From the NCBI RefSeq assembly GCF_018977255.1, contig NW_024704742.1, forward strand, positions 93,994,001-94,058,000: 64,000 nucleotides of DNA. The letters run 5' to 3'. Within the stretch, counting starts at the first letter, position 1, and every line of letters begins with the position of its first letter. Origin of the DNA: Callorhinchus milii (lineage: Eukaryota). Position numbers and translations under genes: made by a program. This document shows positions 12,576-24,206 of this stretch, in pieces. The notes beneath the pieces are model-generated. The model had not been told where the DNA came from. It saw only the letters and a list, made by a program, of their open reading frames with translations, and ran no database searches.

Positions 12576-13265
12576 TTTGAAGATATAGTGTTTCGTTCAG
12601 AGAACTGGGGAGATTGAGGTGGAATACTGGTGGTGTTTCACCCACCCACTATATTTTCAAAGAGCAAAACTGTCTTACACAGAATAATAGTGGATTGATG
12701 CTGATGCATTGTTTGTGTATTGTGGGTATTTGCATTTGGAATTTCACTTCCCTGCTCCAAGTTGTGTTTAAAACTCCACCTTTCTTTTTTAGCAGCTTAT
12801 TCAGTAGAGCAAAGCATTTAAAATTTTTGTTTCCAAATGTATTCAAATAGCAATGGTAGCTCAGTGACCTCTTCTATTGCAGAGAATTGAACACAATATC
12901 CACTGTTCCCAACAAAGTTCAGTAAGCTGTCCATTATAGATCAGAAGAGCAGTTTGGATGAAGAAGGCCCTTTGTTCCTTTTTTACACTAGCTGCCTGCT
13001 AATCAGAACCCTCCTTTCTTTGAACAGCATTATTTTATCTCTCTCCTTCAGAGTGAAATACATAATTCAGACAATCAATGTTGATATAATGAAAGCAATT
13101 ATGATGGCTTCTATGCATCTCAGAACTGTATTCATAAATCAGACATAGGAGACTTAAACAACTACTTTAATGTTTGTGTCAGAACCTTTAAACTCATAGG
13201 AACATAACCTTTATGAAATTAAACATTTAAATAAGTTTTATTGATTTCTCACTTAAATTTCACAG

Positions 13266-13448
13266 GACATTGACTTGCACCACAGTGCCACCAAGAAGGC
13301 TGAGGGACATTTCTACTATTTGTTTACCCATCGTGACTCTGCCAGATGTAGCTCCATTGGTCGATGCTCTTCTCACTTGTCAGGAAGGTGGTCTGGATGA
13401 AACTCTTAGCACAGACTTTCTAGATTGTGTCAGCAATGCTCTTCAACA
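13266..13448 (+). CDS. FANCC: FANCC exon (human exon 7 equivalent), TLTCTTVPPRRLRDISTICLPIVTLPDVAPLVDALLTCQEGGLDETLSTDFLDCVSNALQQ
   Basis: tttcacag acceptor and CA|GTAAGT donor; 183 nt, phase 2/2. Matches human [21 protein letters not shown]...EFFEAVNEAIL. Confidence 0.95.
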
Positions 13449-13861
13449 GTAAGTAGACTTCCAATGAAACATTATTGTGAAAATATCCTTGAGTAACAAA
13501 GCAAGGTACAGGGGAAACCAGCTGTAATGTTTCTCCTCCTCCCTCCTCGTATAGCACAGCCTCGCTTAGAATGCTAATATCACTTTCTGTGCTCTGCAGA
13601 TACATGTTCTGAGTAGAAATTGCATGTTCTGAGTAGAAATCAGTATTGCTGATGTCATTTTGCAAGGAAAGTGTTGTCAGCAGCACTTCCTGCTCACTCG
13701 TGCAACTCCCAGGAACTGATATTATAGGATATCAGATGTAAAGGGTAAAGAGCAGGAGAACCCTTTACCTTTTAAAATGTTTTTTTTTAAAAATGTTAGA
13801 TTCTTAAATGGTTCTTCCAACCTGCCCTTTGCTGTGTAAAATTGCTATTCTCTTCATTTAC

Positions 13862-14030
13862 TTCATCCACGACTGTTTGTTTGTGGGACACTGCTGTGCG
13901 CAATTGGCTGCGCGTTTCGCCCACAAAATATATAGTCAATTCACTTTACAGCCTGTGAAGCGCTTTGAGACGTCGAGAAGATGTGAAGATGTGAAAAGCG
14001 CTAGATCAAATGCAAGGATTATTATTATTA
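13862..14030 (+). mobile_element. Young SINE, 3' half
   Basis: Family body and tail. Confidence 0.85.
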
Positions 14031-14249
14031 CTTCCCATTAACCTTCAAGCCAAAGCCTTAACAAGTAGAGTGATCCTGGCTTGAGAAACAGCAGAAAGCT
14101 TGTCAGACAGTGTTTGCAGTGACAACCTGACCAGTTTTATTTCAATAAACTCCCAACAGTCCTCTCAACACACACTCCGAGAGTCTTCAAGACGTGGATC
14201 AGATGAGCAAAGTGTGTCTCTTCAGGGACAGTGCACACTCTGTTCACAG

Positions 14250-14640
14250 GAACATAGGCACAGGAGTAGACCAATTAGTCCCGCGAGCCTGTTCTGCCAT
14301 TCTATTAAATCATGGCTGATCTGTACCTCAACTCCAATTACCCGTTTTTGCCCCATATCCCTTGAAACCCTTACCTAACAAAAATCTATCCACCTCAGTC
14401 TTGCAAATATGAATAGATCCACAGCCTTTTAGATGAGAGAGTTCCAGATTTCCACTACCATTTGGGTGAAAAGCTGCCTCCTAATTTTATTCCTAAATGG
14501 CCTACATACAGTTTGTCTGTAGCTACCCTATCAAATCTGTTTATCATTTTAAATACCTTAATCAGATCATCCCTCAACCTCCTAAACTCAAGAGAATACA
14601 GACCAAGTTTATGCAACATACTTTATTCCTTGAAGCCCTG
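14250..14640 (-). mobile_element. CR1/HER1-like LINE 3' end
   Basis: aacataggcacaggagtag...ccattc...atcatggctgatct...gagagttccagatt pattern; related fragments at 33250-33445 and 37660-37815 (+). Confidence 0.65.
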
Positions 14641-14839
14641 GTATCATTCTGGTATCATCAGCCCTGCTATTATTCCAGACAAAGGGAAATTTCCCTGCAA
14701 TGGAGAAGGCGCTATATCAAATGCAAGGATTATTATCTCTCAGTAGTCTGGTTTTGATATGCGTAAGCATAGCAATGAGCCTCAGGTTTGACCCCTAGTT
14801 GTTCTGATTTCCCCATATCTAATCCCTGATCAGGATCTG

Positions 14840-15330
14840 ATCCTCCACCTCTGCCACATCACCACACCTGCCTTGAGTTTTCCAATACCTTCCTCTGCCG
14901 GTCTCCCCGGCTCCGCCAATCATAAAATCCAATCAATTCAAAACTCCACTGTCTGTGTCCCCACCTGCATCAAAGTCTGCAACCCCATCACCCCAGTCCT
15001 CGCTAGGCTCCACTGGGTCCCTGCCGCCGAATGGATCATTTCAAGGTTCTCACACACATACAAATCATTTAATTCCCAGGCACCTCCCTACTTCTCCAAT
15101 CTGCTTACGCCCTAATCCTCTATCTGCCAATACACCTTGAAACTATGGAACTCTCTGCCTCTGCCTTTCTTGCCCATCGTTTGATCTCACCTGAAGACCT
15201 TCCCCATCACTGTACCTACAGTCACCTTCCATCTCTTGTTGACTCAGTGTCAAGTTACCCCACTGTTGAGCACTCTGAAATGCAAACCCTCTGAATGTAC
15301 TACATAAATGCAAGTTGCTGCTGTTGCTTG
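14840..15330 (+). mobile_element. L2 LINE 3' fragment
   Basis: Translates to HKIQSIQNS...PITPVLARLHWVP; ends in the L2 tail. Confidence 0.8.
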
Positions 15331-15633
15331 CACAAGTATTTTTAAAAAAATATATTTCCATCCCTTTACACAAACATATCTAATAAACCAGTTTGGTCAT
15401 GATCAGGTGTGGGATAATCATAAGATTCTTAAAGGAAAAGATAAGACATTGGATTAAACCAAGCCCCTATCAAAATGTAAATGCTTTCAATATTTTACAA
15501 CTCATTAAACTTTCATTTAACTTTGGCTTCTAATTAAGATTTAAGTTGTAAAATATTAATATAGATGTGAATTGTTGAATCAATGCCAAAGGGACATAGA
15601 AACTGTGTTAATATTAGACATTATTGTGCAAAG

Positions 15634-16440
15634 AACAACAGGAACGTGCATTTATGTAGCACCATTCAGATGGGATAGCACTGCTCAACAGTGGGGGAGC
15701 TTGATTCTGAGTCAGCAAGAGGGGGAGGTGACTGTAGGAACAGTTGAACGGGAAGGTCTTCATTTTGTCTCCACAAATGACTTCTCTTTCAGCTCCCGCA
15801 TTGTCTCGTGCAGCGTTCCTCAGGGCTCTGTCCTCTGTCCTCTCCTCTTCAACTTGTACATGCTCCCTCTTGGTGACAACATCTGCAGGCATGAGGGTCA
15901 ACTTCCACATGTATGCAGATATGTGGATATATCTCTTTCTCCACCCTCGACTCCAAGACCACTGCTGTCCTGACAGAATGTCTGTCAGATATCAATTCCT
16001 GGATGAGAGCTAACTTGTCTCTCGCATATTCGTACAAGCATTTGGCACATCAAGGCTCGACTACAGAAACTCCCTCCTTGTCGGCCTCCCCAATTCTTCC
16101 CTCCACAAGCTGCACATCATCCAGAACTCTGCAGCTCGCGTCCTCTCCCGCATCAGGCTCTGTGACCCCATCACCCCCACCCTCGCCCAGCTCCACTCGC
16201 TACCCATCCCCCAGAAGATAGAATTCAAAATCCTGGTCCTCACTTTCAAGGCCCTCCACAGCCTTGCCCCCTCCTCCATCGCTGACCTGCTGACCGCCTA
16301 TCAACCTGTCCACTCCCTCTGTTCAGCAGGCTCTGGCCTGGAGCCTTGGCATCCTGTTTGACCGTCAACTGTCCTTTCTAACCTACATCCATGCTATGAC
16401 CCGCTCTGCCTTCCCCCACCTCCGCAACATCGCCCATTTC
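15634..16440. mobile_element. Rearranged L2: 3' tail on - (15634-15762) fused to RT segment on + (15761-16440)
   Basis: [23 protein letters not shown] motif on +; inverted 3' end on the left. Confidence 0.8.
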
Positions 16441-16879
16441 GCGGAGATGGCAGAAAGAATATTGTCACCAAAATATGCTTGCATGGATAATTTCAGACTT
16501 CAGTGTTGCGTTCAACTTTCCATCGAGTGGATAATTGGGTTAAAATTTTCCCAAGGCTGTGAGTGTTGCCTCCCCCCTACTTCCACTACTTTTTATCGAT
16601 TTTAAATTGCCTGAGTGCTGACTCCTAATTTATATTGCAATAACATGTTGTAGTTCTTGCTCCTTTGCCCCAGTCAAAACCATTTTGAAAAGACACAATC
16701 CATATCGAGCAGGAAGTTTTGGTTTCTACTAATGATCATAATCATTAATGTTGTGGCACCAACCAGTTCAAGTGCATTACTTGCAGCTGGATAATGTGCT
16801 GTGTAGACTATTCTGTACTTCCTCGCTGTTCATGTACTTTCCATTCATTATTGATAATTCACTACTTGGTATAAACGGT

Positions 16880-17212
16880 GGAGTCCTTAGCTCAGTGGTT
16901 AGAGAACTCGTCTCGCAAGCGAGAGACTTGGGTTTGATTCCCGGCAGAGCTAAACCTTGGGCAAGTTTCCTTACTCCACACGCCTGATGATAATCCCTCA
17001 AGAAACAAAATAATAATAATAATTTGGTCACTCAATCCACGATTGTTTGTGGGACAGTTGTGCGCAATTGGCTGCCGTGATTCTCCCACAAAATATACAG
17101 TCAATTCACTTTACAGCATATTCTGTGAAGCGCTTTGAGATGTCTAGAAGACCTGAAAAGCGCTATATCAAATGCAAGGATTATTTATATTATCAAATGC
17201 AAGTATTATTAT
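16880..17212 (+). mobile_element. Young tRNA-derived SINE, short variant
   Basis: Full head to (att)n tail. Confidence 0.9.
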
Positions 17213-17429
17213 AAAACCATCCTTTAATAGTATTTATTGCGCTTTCTTGCTGTGCGAGTCTAAAGAAAAATTCCTATTTTCTGAAAACCTCCCAATTATT
17301 TTGTAAACTGTAGCCTCCTATTCCAGTCTTGTCCTAAGACTTTGGTTGACTGGGGAGTTGTGAGACCTCAGTGCAGTCAGCAATGTTCTGTAGCTCCTGC
17401 GTCTTGTCACCCACCACCACGCCCTCTCT

Positions 17430-19073
17430 GTTCCCCTCACTCTCACCATCATCTGCTCCTACCACGATCCCCATCCTACATTCCTTTCTCCCACCTCCCT
17501 CTCACCCACCATCACCTCAATGAAACCCATCACCTGCTGCCTCAGTCCCTGCCCCCCCTCAAAACTGCTGTCATCACCTCCCTCCTCAAAAAACCTTCCC
17601 TAGATCCCTCAAACTCCAGCCACTACTGCCCTATTCCTAACCTGCCCTTCCTCACAAAAGTCCTAGAATGATTTGTTGCTGCTCAACTTTGGGCACACCT
17701 TTCCTCCCACTCCCTCTTCGAACCCCTCCAGTCTGGCTTCCGCCCTGCCCACAGTACAGAGACTGCACTTGTGAAAGTCACAAACGACATCCTCTCTATC
17801 TGTGACCAGGGCTCCCTCTGCCTCCTTGTCCTCCTGGACTTCTCCGCTGCGTTCAACACAGTCGATCACGCCATCCTCCTCCACCGCCTTTCGTCCGTCA
17901 TCCACCTCAGTGGGACTGCACCCGCCTGGTTCGAGTCCTACCTCACAAACCGCCAGCAGTACATCTGCACAAACGGCTTCTCCTTCCGTTTTCACCCGGT
18001 TACCTGTGGGGTACCCCAAGGATTTATCCTTGGCTCCCTACTCTTTCTGATCTACATGCTCCCTCTTGGGGATGTCATCCCCAGACATGGGGTACATTTC
18101 CACATGTATACGGACGACACCGAACTCTATTTTTCCACCTCACTTTGTGACCCCCAGTCCTCTGATGTCTGTCAGCCTGCCTGTCAGACCTCAGGAGCTG
18201 GATGAACGCAAATTTCCTTCAGCTGAACATTAACAAGCCGGAAGCCATACTCTTTGGGTCTCGTAAACGTCTAAAATCTCACGGTTCTCACCTCCTCCAC
18301 CTACCCGACCTCCCCCTAAAACTCTCCGAACCCGTACGCAACCTAGGCGTAAGATTGGACCTCCAATTATCCTTCCTCCCCCACATCCGGTCCCTCACCA
18401 GCACCACTTTCTTCCACCTCCGACGCATCGTTCGTCTCCGCCAATACCTCTCTCCAAAAGCCGCTGAAACCCTGGTCGATGCCTTTGTCACCTCTCGGCT
18501 GGACTACTCTAACACCCTCCTCGCCGGTCTCCCATCCGCTACCATCCATAAAATCCAGATCATTCAAAACTCTGCCGCCCCCGTTCTCACCCACACCAAA
18601 CTCCACTCCCCGATCACCCCAGTCCTTGCCAAACTGCACTGGCTGCCTATCCCAGAGAGGATCGACTTCAAGATCCTCACACTTGTTTTCATCCTCACCC
18701 TTGTTTTCAAATTCCTCCACTTCTCTGCACCCCCCTACCTCTCTGATCTCCTCGTTCCTCAAAACAGTGCCCATTGCCTTCGTTCCTCCGGGTCTGGCTT
18801 TCTCCTTGTCCCCCGAGACCTCTGCTCCACCCTCTGCGGCCGTGCCTTCAGCCACTATGCCCCGAGGCTCTGGAACTCCCTTCCTCACTCCCTTCGCCTC
18901 GCTCCCTCCCTTCCCATTTTCAGGTCTCTGCTGAAAACCTTTCTTCACGACCGTACCTTTGGTCACCTTCCTCCCCCTCCCCCTGGCTCGGCCCTGGGAT
19001 CCGTTACTGTGAAGCGCTCTGAGACGCCGTCCGGTACGGAGGGCGCTATATAAATCCAAGTTGTTGTTGTTGT
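17430..19073 (+). mobile_element. L2 LINE, 3' ~1.6 kb, ORF2 reverse transcriptase pseudogene
   Basis: LDFSAAFNTVDH, GVPQGFILGSLLFLIYM, YTDDT, SRLDYSN and PRLWNSLP motifs; stop codon, frameshift and an 18-nt tandem duplication (ILTLVF x2); (ttg)n tail. Confidence 0.95.
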
Positions 19074-19110
19074 GTAAATGAATGGTAATCTTTGCATTCC
19101 ACATATTGTC

Positions 19111-19484
19111 AAGTCCTGTAGCTCAGTTTAGAGCACTCGCCTCGCAAACGAGAGACCCGGGTTCGATTCCCAGCAGGGCAGAACGTTGGGCAGGTTTCCT
19201 TACACCGTATGCTTCTGTTCACCTAGCAGTAAGTAGGAACTCAGTTGTTAGTCGATTGGCGAATCACGTTTCCAGGGATAATAATTCCTTCAAAAAAAAC
19301 ATTGGTCACTCAGTCCACAACTGTTTGTGGGACTCTGCTGTGCCCAATTGGCTGCCGTGTTTCGCCCATAAAATATATAGTAAATTCACCTTTCAGTATA
19401 TTCTGTGAAGCGGTTTGAGACGTCTCGAAGACGTGATAAGGCACTATATCAAATGCAAGGGTTATTATTAATTATTATTATTAA
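19111..19484 (+). mobile_element. Young tRNA-derived SINE, long variant
   Basis: Contains the extra ~60-nt central block (ctgttcacctagcagtaagtaggaac...). Confidence 0.9.
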
Positions 19485-20961
19485 TGTTGAAACATTTTCA
19501 ATTGTTTCACAGGTAATTGCTGCCAAATATAGTGACTGTGTATTTGTGGGCAAATTAAACATTTAAATTGAATTAAATATGTGAACAATAAGGTGTATGG
19601 ATAGGATAGTGGTCCTGATAGTGCACAGGAATGCGGTATAAGATCGAGCTTTCTTGTTTATATAAATTGGAGCTAAAACAGGAGTTATTTGAGAGAACGC
19701 ATCAATCAACAGAAAAAATGTTCTTTATTAGAATGCAGGAATAAAAACTCACTAGACTAATGGTTGTTATCATGCTTGCCAGTATGAATTATTGATAAAT
19801 AATGCTGATAGTAATGCATGAAATTGAATTTAACTCATTGTACAAATGGTATGGTTGAAGTAAGTTTATTTGCTTTACAATATAAATGTTTGTAAATTCT
19901 CAGTGTGGAATAATATTTTAATTTCTTTGACCGAGAAATCTGTTGTATGCTTTTTTTTATTCCTAAAAAGGTGCTGCAAATACAATAGATTGTATTGTGT
20001 AAAACATGAGAATTGTGTGTAATAAATTATGGAGAAACAGAATAAATGTATTGGTACAATATTATGTTGGTTCATTCTGTCTCTAGCACGCTAATTGACA
20101 GCACTTTCTTTCTTCCAACCATTAGGCAGCAGCGAGTTAATTTTCCACAAGATACACTCTCTTTTTAACTAAGTTTGTTTAATTGTTGCTCAAAAGATTG
20201 CTTCCTAAAGTTTGCTTTTTGTATTAATTGCAGATATATTTTGCACGTGTGTGCATTATCCCACAGAGTCTTCTGAAAATGAAGTTAAAAAATTAAATTT
20301 TTATGATTTTTAGAAAAAAAAGCATACATACACTGTAGGAACAGTTAGTTTGTGAATTTGTGCAAAAAAAATTGGCTTGTTTTATGAAACGGCTGGTTCC
20401 CGACATGAACTCTCTGTATCCAGGAAATAGGAGAAAATTGAACTTCACCAAATGTTTAGTTTTGAAAATGAGTGAGCACATCTGGAAACGTCAGAGATTG
20501 CCAACATGAGATCTCAATGTTATTTTAAAGAAATGTATAAATCACGGCTGATGAAGACTGAATCCTGGGGTTACCTTTGACATCAGCCATGTGCTGAATG
20601 CTGTACGCTTGTACAGCCAAACTCGTCCATCAATAAATTGTAAACCTTTTAATCCGACTTGATAAATCCCATCCTGTCGTGATGCCAGATCATCATGTCG
20701 TGGCTTCTTTCTCATAAATTGATGCGCTGAAAACTGCCCTTGTGTCCAATGTTCAAATATATACACCTGGACGTCTATAATTAGAAGATATAGGATTAGA
20801 TAAGGATTGAACAAATGCTTCATGGCCACAATACTTTCTGTTCTACTTGGAGGGAATGAGAGAGTGAGGAAGGCTGGGTTTGAATAGTGCAGATGCGGGT
20901 ATTCTGTTTGGAACCATGCAGCCATAGAAATTTTACAGGATAGTAAAAAGGCAATCAGACC

Positions 20962-21351
20962 ATAATAATATAATAATAATAATTCTTGCATTTTGATGTA
21001 GCGCATTATCACGTCTTTGAGACATCTCAAAACGCTTCAAGGAATATACTGTTAAGTGAATTGATTGTATATTTTGTGGGTGAAACATGGCAGCACAGCA
21101 GTGTTCCACAAATAGTTGTGACCAAAGTGACCATTTGAGTGACCAAATTATTATTATTTATTTTTTTGAAGGGATTATTACTCCTGGAAAGCAATCTGCC
21201 AATCGACTAGCAATCGAGTTCCTATTTACTGCTAGGTAAACAGAGGCGTGTGGAGTAAGGAAACTTGCCCAAAGTTTCGCCCTGCCCGGGAATCGAACCC
21301 AGCTCCCTCGCTTGCGAGGCGAGTGCTCTAACACTAAGCTACAGGACTTCC
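20962..21351 (-). mobile_element. Young tRNA-derived SINE, long variant
   Basis: Full-length reverse copy. Confidence 0.9.
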
Positions 21352-22411
21352 ATCATATCTGTGTTGGGTGTCTTTGGTTATAATAATATAATAATCTTTG
21401 ATTTGATATAGTGCTTTATCACATTGTTGAGAGATTTCAAAGTGCTTCACAGGGTATACTGTAAAGTAGATTGACTGTATTTTTTGTGTCGGGGTGAAGC
21501 AGGATTTGACCTAGTGGTCCAGTGTAGGTGATGTGATGTCCACAACGGGTTAGGTCTGTATGATGTGTGGAAGGAACTATTTTGCTCTTTGTTATGCTCT
21601 TCTAAAGAGCTATTAATTCTAAACACTTGAACTATGAGGCTTTGGGCTCAAAAGATCATTAAACCTTTTAATGGTTAACACTTATAGATTTTACTTTTAC
21701 AATCTATGCTAAACATTGAGGCTTTTTTCAAACTTAGTTGTTTTATGCTGCATTATTCTTCTCCAGTCACGTAAGGTCTTTTATAGCATGCTTGTAGTTA
21801 CCAAAGGATGGGTGCAAACAGGCTTTATTTTCATTAACATCAGAACAAGTGATATTGTGACGTTTGCTTCAACACAGGATCACTCGCAATGCCATCAAGC
21901 AAAATCAGAAAAGTGTATGGTTGATGTATTTTAAATAGGATATTTCAAATATTCTCNTTTTTTCTGAACTTGGCTATTGTAGAGAGAACTTTTTGTTTTG
22001 CATATATTTACATTGTATTCATCAAGTTTGCCTACAAAAATACACAGTCACTGTGCTTTACAATGAATCCTGCAAAGCACTTTGAGACACCCTCCTGACA
22101 TGCGGAGAGGATCATTAATATTATTTGGCATAGGATAAATCCTACTCAATCTTCTGTTATCCCACTAAAAGTGCTGCAGGTTCTTGTATAAGATGTAAGC
22201 GAAGCACCGTATAAGTTGGAAAGAAAGATTTGATGATGTTCTTGTGTATTTACATCATGGTTTAAAATCATCCTTGTGGATCATACAAACATAGAAACGT
22301 AGAAATCTACAGTGCAGAAAGGAGATCATTCAGCCCATCGAGTCTGCACTGGCTCACAGACCAAGGAAAGAATTTCAAAGCATTCAGTGCCTTGGGACTG
22401 AAATGCTCAGT

Positions 22412-22722
22412 GGAGTCCTGTAGCTAAGTGGTTAGAGCACTCGCTTTGCAAGTGAGAGACCTGAGTTCAATTCCAGGCAGAGCGAAACCTTGGGCAAGTT
22501 TCCTTACTCCACACGCCTAATAATAATCCCTCCAAAACAAAACAATAAATTGGTCATTTTCAATCTACGACTGTTTGTGGGACATTGCTGTGCGCAATTG
22601 GCTTCTGCGTTCGCCTACAAATATACAGTCAATTCACTTTACAGTATATTCTGTGAAGCGCTTTGAGACGTCTAGAAGACGTGAAAAGCGCTATATCAAA
22701 TGCAAGGATTATTATTATTATT
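22412..22722 (+). mobile_element. Young tRNA-derived SINE, short variant
   Basis: GGAGTCCTGTAGCT head with TGC anticodon-like loop, B box and intact tail hairpin. Confidence 0.92.
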
Positions 22723-23750
22723 GCCATACCCCTTCAAGCTCCTTTCAAATGCCTGTCTACTTCCCTCTTGAAAGCTGCAGTGGACTCCGTCATCCTACTT
22801 GGCATCTCAAAATCCTCCTCTTCAACCGTTCCTTTGGCCACCCTCCTACCCTCCCCGATCCCGACCCCCAGCTCAAGTCTAAATCCCTGACTGTCCAGTG
22901 CCTTGGGACATCCTCCTGATGTGATAGGCGCTATAAAAATATAATTTTGTATTGTATTTCACATGCCAACAACACAAGGAGTGAAAAAAAATCCTAAATT
23001 TTCCTCTCGCTGTTCTTGGGGCTACCTTGTAACTTCCTCAGGGGAATAAATTCAAAACAGCAGACTGGGAACCAATCTACATTTTCCTTTTAGTAATTGT
23101 AGAAAGAGATTATACTTGGCTGATTCCTCCAGTTCTTGCAGCTGTAACTTTTAACAGCAATGTTGAGGGTTTTATGTTTGAAGTGCTGAAAATTCCTGAC
23201 AGAATTGCACATTTGAACTTTGGTGGGAGGTAACCTCCAATTCCTCATTCTTGTGTCTTCAGTGATCTGTAAAGCTTTCCAGGTTTGTCTGAATACTGTC
23301 AATTTGTTATTGCATGGGCCCTAAACCTGTGAAAGGGAAAGGCTGGAGTAAAAGTCTTGTTTCCTCAAATGGTGTAAAATGTCCAGAGAGACGATGGTTT
23401 GTAAGTTAGAGAAACTTGCGGAATGAAAGGCAGTTGTTTGTGAAAGTGCGGGATAGTGAGACTGAGTTATAATAATAATAATCCTTGCATTTGATATAGT
23501 GTCTTATCTCGTCTTTAAGAGGTGATGCAAGTGGAGACGAGATCATTTATTGAGTCCGGTTTCCAGGACAGATTTCTGGAAATCATGTCACTGGGTCAGA
23601 TGCCAAGTTCAGGTTAAGAGTTTGAACAGCCATTTGAAACCATGCTAAACTTAGATGACAAGAATATTTTAAATAAAAATGAATGCTCTGAACTTGTTTT
23701 TATTTTTCTCTACCTTTTCCTCCTTCCCCCTTCTACCCGCATCCAAATAG

Positions 23751-23907
23751 GAAAAAGATCGTCCTGTCTGAGTCTGCAGTTGTGAACCTGTGGTTACGCT
23801 ACCTTCCTAGTCTTGAACAGACTGCGATCCATCTTATTGAAAGTTTGGTTTCAAATCCTTACAAGTCATTACAGGAAATTGAAGATATTATCAAAGATTC
23901 ATTACTG
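23751..23907 (+). CDS. FANCC: FANCC exon (human exon 8 equivalent), KKIVLSESAVVNLWLRYLPSLEQTAIHLIESLVSNPYKSLQEIEDIIKDSLL
   Basis: Long pyrimidine tract plus tag; CTG|GTAGGT donor; 157 nt as in human. Carries the SAVVxLWLRxLPSLE motif. Confidence 0.97.
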
Positions 23908-24174
23908 GTAGGTTATTTGCTTTGAATGAACCTGTTTACTGCTTGCTTCACTTATTGCCAAATGAATTCACATCAAGTGATTTAAGGACTTTTAAGAAGG
24001 CACCACATTAGCAGTGCTTTATGTAACCTTACAATTTGTAATCTAAGATTCAGTCCTGTAAGAATGGAACATAGAAATGCTGAGGCAAGCATGTGTATTA
24101 CAGTACTTATCTTACTCCTAGCCACCCCAGTGTCAGAACCTATTCCCAGACTCCAGTGAGGTACTTTACTCCCA

Positions 24175-24206
24175 ACACACACACACACACACACACAGAC
24201 AGACAG
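24175..24206. repeat. (CA)n / (GACA)n microsatellite
   Basis: acacacacacacacacacacacagacagacag. Confidence 0.9.

Noticed and set aside
18202..19053. 283-aa ORF (also 47870-48736, 30350-31051, 62175-62873)
   Set aside because: Fragments of 5'-truncated, frameshifted L2 ORF2, not host genes or intact elements.
22412..22485. tRNA-Ala-like sequence with A/B boxes (and its many copies)
   Set aside because: These are SINE heads: no proper acceptor stem or poly-T terminator, and each continues into the SINE body and tail.
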